A DNA stretch of 64,000 nucleotides, from assembly GCA_049724395.1 (NCBI GenBank), contig JAUGWO010000113.1:124001-188000 (forward strand). The letters run 5' to 3'. Each line of letters begins with the position of its first letter. Positions within the stretch are counted from its first letter, which is position 1. Of this stretch, positions 41,017 through 52,234 are shown in pieces. A model generated the notes under the pieces. The model saw only the letters and a list, made by a program, of their open reading frames with translations, was not told where the DNA came from and searched no databases. Origin of the DNA: Spongospora subterranea f. sp. subterranea (lineage: Eukaryota). The translations under genes and the position numbers were made by a program.

Positions 41017-44000
41017 ATGTCGGGACACGCCGTCAAAGTTGTGGTGCGATGTCGCCCATTCTCTGACGCCGAAACCAAAGGGCGCCACTCCACTGTTATA
41101 TCATGCAATAACAAAGAGAAGCAGGTCACGGTTCATTCAGAGGTTCGTGGCCAGGAAACCAAGAAAACATACAGTATGTCCAATATTGACCTAATACCTG
41201 TTGATCATTATTTCACAGTTCTGTCACACGTTTTCGATCGTTTTGTTTGATTTTGACACTCCATTTTAGCGTTCGACAGTGTGTTTGGGGAGTTTTCTCA
41301 ACAAGAATCGGTTTTTGACGACATATCTGGAATTGTCGATGAAGTTCTTGAAGGTTTCAACTGCACAGTAAGCCTAATTTTATCACATCAACCATACGAT
41401 CTGGTTTTGTTTAGTTATGATGTTATAGGTATTCGCATGTAAGTGTTTTGTCCCATAATCCCGATCCCAGGTCGGTGCTAACTACTCCTTATTCACATGT
41501 AGACGGACAGACAGGAACTGGCAAAACATACAGTATGTCGAAAATTCATGTTTCTAATTGTCATTGTTTCAACATGGTTTAGCTATGCAGGGACCGTTCA
41601 TGAACGGTGATCGGACTGTGGAATGCGGCATTATCCCCAGGGCGATTCATGCCATTTTTGATCGGCTTCGCGCCAAAGACGTTAATGAATGCGTCGTACA
41701 TGTTTCGTGTTTGGAGATTTACAATGAAGGTGATTTGGAAAATAGGAAAACATGCAATTGTAATTGATGCCCGTTAAGAAATTTGCGATTTGTTAAGCGA
41801 CAATACGGAGGTCGATTTGAGGATCTTTGACGATGTGGTCAAAGGAGTGTTCGTGTCAAACTTAGAAGAGGTACGCCCTGTTCTACGTGTAGTGTGGTGC
41901 GTCATCATTAAACACTAGTTGCTTTCAGGTTTTGGTTGTGGACCCTACTGAGATCTTCACCGGTGTTGACTCGATCGTGGGATCGCCGTCGAACAGCTGA
42001 AACTAAAATGAGTATGTGCAACGGTTTTCTCATCATTATCTCAAATTCATTTTGTGGTAAAGATGCGGCATCATCGCGCTCACACACAATATTTACGGTA
42101 AAAGTCCATACGAAAGAAACTACTGTGGACGGTGAAGACATCATCAAAATCGGAAAATTGAATTTGGTCGATTTAGCTGGATCGGAATGTGTTGGCAAGT
42201 CTGAAGCAGTAGGACAGAGAGCAAAAGAAGCTGGCAATATCAACCGTTCACTTCTTACTTTGGGAAGAGTGATCAACGCTTTAGTGCAAGGACAAAGACA
42301 TATCCCGTACCGAGAAAGCAAATTGACCAGACTGCTGCAAGAATCATTAGGTGGTAAGGCGAAAACTATCTTGATTGCCACTATATCTCCTTCTCAGCGG
42401 GCGATCGAGGAAACTCTGAAAACTCTTGAATATGCGCATACAGCAAAGAACATATTGAACAGGCCAGAAGTTAATCAAAAGTATGTTCAGAAGGATAGTG
42501 CATTCCAACATCGTTAACAAATATCATTCAGAGTTACACAGAAGACTTTTGTCCGGGACCTTCAAGTAAATATGAACATGATCAAGAAACAATTGGAGGC
42601 TCAACGTACAAAAACTGGTGTTTATCTTCCTGTCGATCAATATGACGCTTTACAACACGATCTTCTAGTGGCCAAGAACGATGCTGAGAGGAACGCGGAA
42701 CAGGTCGAAGCAGTTCGTCAAGAACTCGAATCAATGTCTGAAAGTAACCAACGGATTCGAGATGAGGCGAAGCAACAGAAAGAGGCTAGTTTAAAGCAAT
42801 TGGCTGACCTGCAAACAGAAATGGACAGGCAGCTTGCCGCATGGCAGGCTAAGTATGCTCAACAGAGCGATCAATTGCAGGTGATGACCGAAGAACGTGA
42901 TGCTGCTCTTGACGCTGTGGATCGGCGGAATGTGGCCATGGCTGAGGCTCAGACATCTCTTACATCCTGTCATGCTTCATGCGGAACAAAGATTAGCGAG
43001 ATTAGGCTGAGTTTAGATCAACTGATGGCCCATCATACTCAACAAGCTAAAATAGCCTCCGATGATGCCAGGAAATGGTCAGGGCACGTTGCCTCGTCCA
43101 TAAAGTGTATGCAGGACGAAGCGAACAGAATCACATCAGATTTGATGGCTGGCGTTGCCTCTACTCTGCAATTCTGCACGTCAACCTGTCAACAAGGCGG
43201 CCCGCTCAGAGACAATTTAACAGCGATTAATGGCCACGTCGATGCAATTCAAGAAAAAATAACTACCGGTGTGGCAGAAATTGCACAATCGTTCCAAGCA
43301 CATATTGATCGCGTTCAAAACTGCTTGGTTGAACATGAACAAGCTCTGTCGTCTGCGGCAGAGACATATTCTAACTCTTCACAAGCAGCCCTTTCGTCAA
43401 TGCAGGAACATAGTACACGGTTGGAGGAGATATGGGGAGTTGCTACCGCTTCCATGGAAGCCTACCGAAACGAGCAAGGAAAGTCGTTTGGAATTTTGCA
43501 GAACGATATTGCTTCATTGGTTCAGCTTAAACGAGAATCTTCGTTAGAGAAAGCTCGCGCTCTCGCACAAAACATATCGTCCATGATCGAATGTTTTGCC
43601 AAAGAAAACGACTCAAACTATTCCGAGGTTTCAAAGCAGGTTACTACCACTTTGGATGATTGTATATCGTCTTCTGTCGCTCGATCTGATGAGGTACAAA
43701 TGTCAATAGCCAACGCGGTTTCAACTTCGGATTCTATTCGAAACGTTGAGCGTAGTTGTTGGTCAGAGGTTATGAAGACATACCAACAGTCTAGTTGCCT
43801 ACTATCTGAGACGTTGAAACAAGTCCCGAGAACAACTGAAGTCGTGTCGAACCTCTCTGCTAGTCTCAAAGATGCTGTGCATGGACAGCTTTCCCAATGC
43901 CGTTCAGCGTCCGAAGGCATGTTCGATCCAATCCAAGCAATATTCGCCGGATCCGCTGCGCAGATTGAAACAAGCGAAAGCCAGTGTCGCCAAGTTCGCG

Positions 44001-44305
44001 ATACTATCGCATCATTCACGACTCAAGCTGTTCAACAATCCAGCAATCACGTCACAAATGCCATTGCTACTCAAGATCAAGTAGAGACTGCTAATCTTCG
44101 TTATCGTGAGCAGCATCATCTAGCTCTAGGAGAGATTCAAAATTCTCTAGATGTGTTTGATCGACGTCCTTCATATTCATCCCCATCGAAGCAGAGAATG
44201 GTGATCGATAGTACTAATATATCAACCAAAGCTCGTTCAGGACGTGTCAAACGCCCCAGAGAGATATCCCTAGAAGAAGGTGAGAATAAACGGCCCACTC
44301 AGTAA
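41017..44305 (+). CDS. Kinesin-5 (BimC/Eg5) motor with long coiled-coil tail
   Basis: [130 protein letters not shown]. Confidence 0.93.
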
Positions 44306-44340
44306 ACAAATATTTTTAGGTTAAAAGTGATCTGTACAAT

Positions 44341-45286
44341 TTATGAACATTGATCTGAATCAGAGGATATAGCATTGGGGAGATCCCGTTGATCAAGAGT
44401 AGATAGTGGATTAAATTGATCATCAATGATATCAAATATTGGCTGTTGATCAAGAGTAGATGAAGAATTAGATTGATCAATGCCATCAACTATTGGCAAG
44501 GTATTATTGTTTTCAGCCCATTTCGCAATATAAGCCAGCCGCTTCTCTCTGATTCGCTCTTGTTCCCGAATTCTTTCGTGTTCTTGATTTCTCTCATAGC
44601 GCCAAAATAACACCATCGCCAAAATCGTGCAGATTACGAACGATGATAATCCGATGATCAACTTGTTATTGGAATCGTTTACAGGTTTAAACTGGTTCTT
44701 ATTAGATGGGGAGTTTCCTAGTTAGAAGTGGTATCGATCCATTATAACATTTGGTGGATTGATCATCAGCCACTGTATATCCTGATCGACCGCAGAAATC
44801 GGCCGCGTCATCACCAATAATATCATGCAATGGGCTACAGATCAATGAGTTTGGCTGACATGGCGATAATCGACCAGAGTGCCCAGATGTGAACATGTCA
44901 TTACGACAGGCGTTGAGCCATTGTTGGCAGGTGGATAGGCAGATGGTATGGAGAGATGGCGATGGGCCTGATACAAGTGGGGAACATACGGCGCAAGCGT
45001 GTCGAGCTGTCAGGGTCGTGCACAAGTTGGAGAAGCGGTCCTCGTCAGCGGTCGCATAGAGACCGGCGACCGACCTCAGGATGCGGCGGTCGTCGGCGGG
45101 GGTGCAGCAGGACGAGGGGGAATACTGATGGCAGAAGGAGAGGTGGGCTGGGGGAGGTGGCGAGGGCGACGACGGCGGGCAGGAAATGGGGCCGATAGGG
45201 AACGAGGAAACCAGGGACGATAGCACAGAGAGGGTGATGGCGATAGAGAGAGGGCGATACCAGAGCCCGCTGGTCGATAAACCCAT
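44341..45286 (-). CDS. Folate-receptor/riboflavin-binding-family domain protein with signal peptide and C-terminal TM
   Basis: Signal peptide; LSFCHQYSPSSCCTPADD, CAVCSP, ICLSTCQQWLNACRNDMF, ICSPL...FC cysteine pattern; joins the TM ORF 44341-44661 through a 1-nt indel near 44720. Confidence 0.75.
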
Positions 45287-45712
45287 TTGGTGCCGACCAC
45301 CCCGTATAACCCTTTATCACACTCCGTGATGATGAACTGCATTGGGCGATGGACGATCAGATCAGCACATGCCGCATCTATGTGTTGTATTAGATAGGAC
45401 CGAACAAGAACAGAAGATGTGAAATGATGAGGGAGGTGAGGACTCAAGAGCAAGTTCAGCGGGTAGAGAAAGATCAGGGACGCGGCTCAGGGATTCAACA
45501 TCGCCAATTTCAGGTCTAGGAACGGCTTTAGAACGCGTATTAAATTCTGTGATCGGTTATTCGCCAACAGCCAGCAATATCTCATCGCCATCGCCTCAAT
45601 TGTGATCAAAATCTGGTTAAGGATTCATCGCTCAATCCGAACAATCTCCTTGTAATTGACCTGACTAAAACCCAAATCATGAACACGGTGACAATCTCAA
45701 TTAAAAAGACAT

Positions 45713-48700
45713 TTATTTGGATTTCGGATGTGATTTCTTTTTCTTGATGGATTTATTGTTTGATTGACCAGAATGTTTGTTGGGTTTGGTGGATCGGTCA
45801 GATTGTTCTTTACCGTTCGTCTTCCGCTTCTTAGTTGATGGGATCGCGATCGTTTTCGGCGGTGCCGATGCTGATTTTGGCAGCGCCGATGCCCATTGGT
45901 CATCAGTCTGGTTGATGGCGTATTGTGCCAGATCCGACACCTCTAACAGTGATTGCTGTTTAGCGGCCAATAACTTGTGGGTTGATGTACTCCCTTCATT
46001 GAGATCATCTTCTAACGACACACCCATTGACTGAAACGTCGTCGGATCGACATCGCTCTCCTTCAAGCTCGCCTTAACCGACTCCTCCTCCAGCGTCTTA
46101 AACAAATTCATCACCTTCCTGATCAGCTTGTTGAACAGTGCTAAGATCTGCGTTGGTTCCAGACCCATCTCCTCGTGCAGCTGATCGACCTGTTTATATT
46201 GTAATCCCAGTCCGACAGCGATAGCGGCTTGGCTATAGCTGACACTGACAGATGGCGATAGGCGATTGAGGAAGAGGAGGCGGGTTATGGAAGGGATTAA
46301 GTCCAGGATCAGGTGATAATCGACCAGGGAACGGCTATACGCCTCAAGGCGTCGCAGGTCGAACGGACTCAGGAGGGAACGGAGATCGTGGACCGACAGG
46401 GGGGTCGATGGCGATGACGGAGACGATGAGGAGCGAGTAGCGCCATTGATGATGGAGGAGGAGGGGGAGATAATGGATAGGGCTAGTTGGACGGTCATCG
46501 ATGGGAAGGCGATCGGCAATAAACTGATAAACCGTTGACGGAAATCGGATATATATTGTTGGGCCCATGATGATGATGATGACGATGGGGATATCATTAT
46601 GATCGTGTTCTCACCGGTCACATCATTAGCTGTTTGTCGAAGATATACAGGTTCATAACCGCCTTTGGACCAGAAGTTATACAGCGATTGGCTTAACCCA
46701 AATGATGTCCCGATATAGTCGACATATTCCGGTGACCGATCGGATATCGGTGTCAGGATAGGCAGTAAACCAGATCGAGGAGTGATTGATTCAGTGTGGA
46801 GATCCTGTTGCGATTGTGCCTCTGAACCAGCTGATCCTGACCCGACCGATACAGGGTCCCCGCCAGATATACCGTTAATATCCCCGCCATAATACCGGCC
46901 TAACAGGTCCAACACTCTGGCCCCATATCCCATACGGTGTAATGACGGGTGAGTCGCTATCCGTACCACACGGGCACCGTGTAGTGACGCGAAATTGGGG
47001 TCCTGGAACTGTTGCGATACAGTCCATGGTATAAGGTCACCAGAGGGTTGCTGTCCACGGCATGAGTTAGAGTGGACAGTGTGTGACCGGAGGCCACCCT
47101 CTAATGCCACTTGAACAACTGCCAGGATGTCTGGCATGGCGCTAGGGGATGGACCCAGTAGCACATAGAGATGGTGGGCTGGGGCATCGGACATCATCTG
47201 GAGATCGTTGGGGGAGTTCTTGTAGTGAGAGGAGACGAACAGGGACATGAGCCGGTGGAGGAAGGCCTCGGATTGGGTGTGGTGGGAGAAGAGGGTGTCG
47301 CGATTAACATAGTATAGATGGCAGTTTGAGGGATGGGGGGCACCTGAACTGATCGGGATAACGGGGCAATCCAAACATAACAGACGGTTGAGCCATTGCT
47401 CAACATGATCCCCATCCCCGTATCGGATAGGTTGGTTAAGGGATAGCTCAAGGAATGGGCTGCCCTGTTTGCTCTTCCGCAATCCGGCGAACAGTTTCAG
47501 GGATAAGCTGCGCCCTGTTCCTTCATATCCATTGATTGTAGAGGATATAATGGTGAGATATGATCCCATCAACTCCTTAACCATCACAAGTGGTATGGCA
47601 GCCGCTTCATCCACCACCAACAGCTCGCAGTTCAACAGTTTATCGCCATCTTTAGCCTGAATAAACTGGATCGTTTGTCGACGATTATCACGATGAACAT
47701 TGATCTTGATGACGTCCCCTGTCGTTTTTGATCGCATTATCTCGTAGTCAACATGTTCAGCGTAATCCAACGCATCAAATCCTTTGAACACCAGCTCGAA
47801 CAGGGTCGACAGATTCTCAGACGACGGGGCACAAACGAATATATTGGAAAGACCATAACTAATAGCCGATGCAATAGTTAATCCAAGACACGCTGATTTC
47901 CCTCGACCACGTCCTGCCGTTAACGATATGATGGATTTACCATCCGCTTCTTGAACACAGTTCACAAGCTGCATTAGGGATTTAGCCTGATCAACTGTCT
48001 TACATAATGAGACCAGTTCTGATATTGGCGATACACCCGATAAAGACGCCTATTCCATTAAACCCCATTATTGGTCTTATATGAATCTGCCGCTGAAAAA
48101 ATCAACGATTACCTTAATATCGATCAATTCAGGATTAAGATCAGAAGATTTAGTGCCAGAAGAAGGCGGGCAGATCGATTGGCAATGAGACGAACTGGGA
48201 GCAGCGAATGGATTTAATATAACTCATGATGAATATTCAAGTAATGACTTACATTGGCAATACATTGAGTTCATCGTCAATAACGAGGCATTGCTGGCAT
48301 TGGGCCAACGATAGAATGAAACGCTCGTTGAACCGGGGAACGACTTGATCGTGAGATTCGGTACGGTATCGTCCATGGACATCCATCGCCATTGTGTATA
48401 ACGATTTCAAGGACGTCATTGATCGTAATAGCAATATAACTAGACCACCTCCTTCAACCGTCTCGATAGTTCGTGCCAACAGATTTGGTGTCAGTGCCTC
48501 AAAATCCTGCAGAACACAGATCTGATAGGTCTTCCCCAAAATTTTATGGGAATCCTTGTAATAACAGAAGCGGATATCGGTAGATGTTAAGAACAGCTCA
48601 AATGGGTCGTGAGTATCTTCATTGCGAACACCTCGTTGAACCTAATTTCCAAACAAAGCAGGTTCAGATAACGGACTGGATTTGGATCAGACCTAGCTGA

Positions 48701-48942
48701 AATACCTCGCGTTTGATCTGTCTTTGCCGTTTTCGTTGATGTGATGAGAACCCCAGATCCTTCTTATATGCCCATAATACTTTGGGGCGGTATTTCCCAG
48801 ACTGCGATTTACTCAACATATAATGGAGATTAACGACTTGATCACGCCCTTTATCACCAATCATCACGAACATCGACCGATGGTGATTAGTGACACCATT
48901 CTCTATCAATTGCCGGACACGATTATCGACCACTTTCCTCAT
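45713..48942 (-). CDS. NAT10: RNA cytidine acetyltransferase NAT10/Kre33
   Basis: MRKVVDNRVRQLIENGV, VLQDFEALTPNLLARTIETVEGGG, AGRGRGKSA, LLVVDEAAAIPL, STINGYEGTGRSLSLKL, SSHYKNSPNDLQMMSDAPAH, GARVVRIATHP...MGYG, YLRQTANDVTGE. Confidence 0.97.
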
Positions 48943-49523
48943 CGCGATCAAATCAGCAAAGAGACCCGAATACCCAGTTGGACAATCAGATTAGGCCGTC
49001 ACGGACTCCGTGCCCAGGTCGGTCGTGGGGTTTTGCGGAAAAATAAGGTGTTGCAGGTAGGCAAATCGTCCCCGATGTCAGCTTCGTACATGTTCTTTAT
49101 CGACGGTTGATGAAGGCAATTATGATTACAGGTGATATACAAAGACCCAATATTATACATAAAATTGCATTACTGATATCCCTGGTATTGATCGTGACGT
49201 TCTGATTGATCCAAGTGCGCAATTGCCTATTCCGATGACTGTCGCGTCCCCTCAAATAATACTGAGACTGATTGAAAACCATCATGTGCTGAATTCTTGC
49301 GGATTGTATTGGTAGCAACTCCTAAGCGTTTCCGTTTTTCAAAGAACTGGCCGAAATACCTTTTGCACTTATGATTAGCAATTGAATGCCCTCCAAATCG
49401 TGGCGAAATTACTGAATTGCCCATGTAGGCAGGGACGGTAATGGTACAATCAGCGCTTCTGTCATGGAGTTTCTGCCAATACAATCCGAAAAAAAGCACA
49501 TGATTCTTTTTAATCAGTTTTAT

Positions 49524-49539
49524 GGGGGGGGGGGGGGGG
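49524..49539. repeat. G16 homopolymer near the gene-dense/repeat-rich boundary
   Basis: Sixteen consecutive G. Confidence 0.9.
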
Positions 49540-49969
49540 CGGCGCGTGCACGTACAATCACAAAGGGAAAGACTCACAATCGCAAAAGTGATTAGAGACT
49601 TGCGAATCCGTGTGCGACAAACGTTGATTGTTCGGCAAACTTATAGCTCGCCGCCAAGTCAGACCCGCTCGCCGAACCCGATCTGGATGCCAACCCTTGC
49701 TGTCTCTTCCGTTCATTGTCTGTTTTATTTCACGTTGTGTGGTTTTTGTTTTTGTGTGGACCCAAAGTACCTCAGTGTATCTGGTGTAACGTTCAGCTGT
49801 TATCTCATGTAATGTTACTCGTATATAAGACTTAACGAGGGAAGTTCTATGACAGGTGTCCTGCTTTTCTTGTCATGGTTGCCTGCGTCATGTCGCCAGA
49901 ATGATCGTCGGTGTCCCAATCCCAAACGTGAATAGAGTAATCGGGAACTAGGGGCAGTTCTAAACAGGT

Positions 49970-50462
49970 TGTAACGGGACTTTTCCGTTCATGTTCCGGC
50001 AGATGTGTTGCGTCACCAAGCCGCTAATCGCAAAGCGTTGCGTCATGATGCGTGACGCTGCCGGATTGGGCAAGACGAGATTGGTTGAGACATGTGGTTC
50101 ATTTGTTTAAGACAATTAATCTTTATGATGCCATGGGTTCATGCCTTTGAGACGATTTTCATCTTTATAAAGCCATTTTGTTCTAACGCTTGAATCTCTG
50201 AGGCCGACGTCTCGCAAACCGTCACATTACCAATTTGTGAATGATTGTGAGAACCGCTCGTCGGCCTCAGAGATTGAAGCTTTAAAACAGTATGGCTTTA
50301 TAAAGATCAACCGTGGGAAAGAAATGAACCCCATAGTCTCAACCAATTTCGTCTTTCCCAATGCGGTAGCGTCGTGCCTCATGACGCAACACATCCCGAC
50401 CAATACGATCATCTTGGTGACGCAACACATCAGCCGGAACATGGACGGAGGTTCCCGTTACA
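49970..50462. mobile_element. 493-bp non-autonomous fold-back element (MITE-like) with TGTAAC...GTTACA ends and 4-bp AGGT TSD; Ginger-like signature
   Basis: aggt|TGTAACGGGA...TCCCGTTACA|aggt; arms pair over most of the length (ccgttcatgttccggc/gccggaacatggacgg, ttgcgtcaccaag/cttggtgacgcaa, atctttataaagcca/tggctttataaagat, atctctgaggccgacg/cgtcggcctcagagat). Confidence 0.85.
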
Positions 50463-51704
50463 AGGTGTCCTGGTGTAGCAGCACATGTATCGCAATCTGA
50501 TAAGACTTAACGATGGGCAGTTCTATGACAGGTGTCCTGGTGTAGCAGCACATGTATCGCAATCTGATAAGACTTAACGATGGGCAGTTCTATGACAGGT
50601 GTCCTGGTGTAGCAGCACATGTATCGCAATCTGATAAGACTTAACGATGGGCAGTTCTATGACAGGTGTCCTGGTGTAGCAGCACATGTATCGCAATCTG
50701 ATAAGACTTAACGATGGGCAGTTCTATGACAGGTGTCCTGGTGTAGCAGCACATGTATCGCAATCTGATAAGACTTAACGATGGGCAGTTCTATGACAGG
50801 TGTCCTGGTGTAGCAGCACATGTATCGCAATCTGATAAGACTTAACGATGGGCAGTTCTATGACAGGTGTCCTGGTGTAGCAGCACATGTATCGCAATCT
50901 GATAAGACTTAACGATGGGCAGTTCTATGACAGGTGTCCTGGTGTAGCAGCACATGTATCGCAATCTGATAAGACTTAACGATGGGCAGTTCTATGACAG
51001 GTGTCCTGGTGTAGCAGCACATGTATCGCAATCTGATAAGACTTAACGATGGGCAGTTCTATGACAGGTGTCCTGGTGTAGCAGCACATGTATCGCAATC
51101 TGATAAGACTTAACGATGGGCAGTTCTATGACAGGTGTCCTGGTGTAGCAGCACATGTATCGCAATCTGATAAGACTTAACGATGGGCAGTTCTATGACA
51201 GGTGTCCTGCTGTAGCAGCACATGTATCGCAATCTGATAAGACTTAACGATGGGCAGTTCTATGACAGGTGTCCTGCTGTAGCAGCACATGTATCGCAAT
51301 CTGATAAGACTTAACGATGGGCAGTTCTATGACAGGTGTCCTGCTGTAGCAGCACATGTATCGCAATCTGATAAGACTTAACGATGGGCAGTTCTATGAC
51401 AGGTGTCCTGCTGTAGCAGCACATGTATCGCAATCTGATAAGACTTAACGATGGGCAGTTCTATGACAGGTGTCCTGGTGTAGCAGCACATGTATCGCAA
51501 TCTGATAAGACTTAACGATGGGCAGTTCTATGACAGGTGTCCTGGTGTAGCAGCACATGTATCGCAATCTGATAAGACTTAACGATGGGCAGTTCTATGA
51601 CAGGTGTCCTGGTGTAGCAGCACATGTATCGCAATCTGATAAGACTTAACGATGGGCAGTTCTATGACAGGTGTCCTGGTGTAGCAGCACATGTATCGCA
51701 ATCT
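50463..51704. repeat. Tandem array of a 67-bp unit, about 18.5 near-identical copies
   Basis: Unit TAAGACTTAACGATGGGCAGTTCTATGACAGGTGTCCTG(G/C)TGTAGCAGCACATGTATCGCAATCTGA, period 67 (50501, 50568, ...). The only variation noticed is G>C at 51210, 51277, 51344 and 51411. Degenerate units upstream at about 49781-49865 and 49951-49969. Confidence 0.98.
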
Positions 51705-51907
51705 CATGCCCTCGTGATCTTGGCACATCACTATTTGTGATCTGTACTCACACAGATATGACACACCCCTCTTTGGCACTGATATTTAGCACCGCAATGT
51801 CGGCAATAGAGATCTCGCTCTCTTCTATCAAGGTTTGCGTATCTTTCGCCTCACTAAGATTGTTTGTAACTTTGTGATTCTGAGTTGTTGTGCTTGAATG
51901 CGTTTCT

Positions 51908-52134
51908 GCTTCTGCTTTGTGGGACTTGGCAAACTGCAATAAATTGTGTTAGCTTCGTTTCACTTTGCAATGCTTTTACCAATCCATTGGCACTTTGCCG
52001 GTTTTGAAGTGACTTCCAATCCCAATGGATTGTAAAAGCACTGCAGACTTCACTATCGATACTGAAAAAGAAGCTAACACAATCGTTGCGAGTGGCCAAG
52101 CACAGATATTTTCCACTTCCTACAAAGCAGAAGC
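51908..52134. mobile_element. Degenerate palindromic (fold-back/MITE-like) element
   Basis: gcttctgctttgt/acaaagcagaagc, attgtgttagcttc/gaagctaacacaat, gcttttaccaatccattgg/ccaatggattgtaaaagc. Confidence 0.75.
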
Positions 52135-52234
52135 GTTATAGGATCTGTATCAACAATGTGGGCTCACTTGAGGTATTGACGATGTTTGTTGTTTAGTTAT
52201 TTACGTCCAACGACAGTGACAGCAACACCTGCGT

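Noticed and set aside
40570..41194. 172-aa and 109-aa ORFs between MaoC and kinesin-5, and the many antisense ORFs in the track
   Set aside because: They overlap a divergent promoter region or shadow real genes, and show no domain signal.
50463..51704. CRISPR array or coding repeat
   Set aside because: Units are contiguous and identical with no unique spacers, no cas genes are present, the context is eukaryotic, and the 67-bp period puts stops in the cycling frames on both strands.
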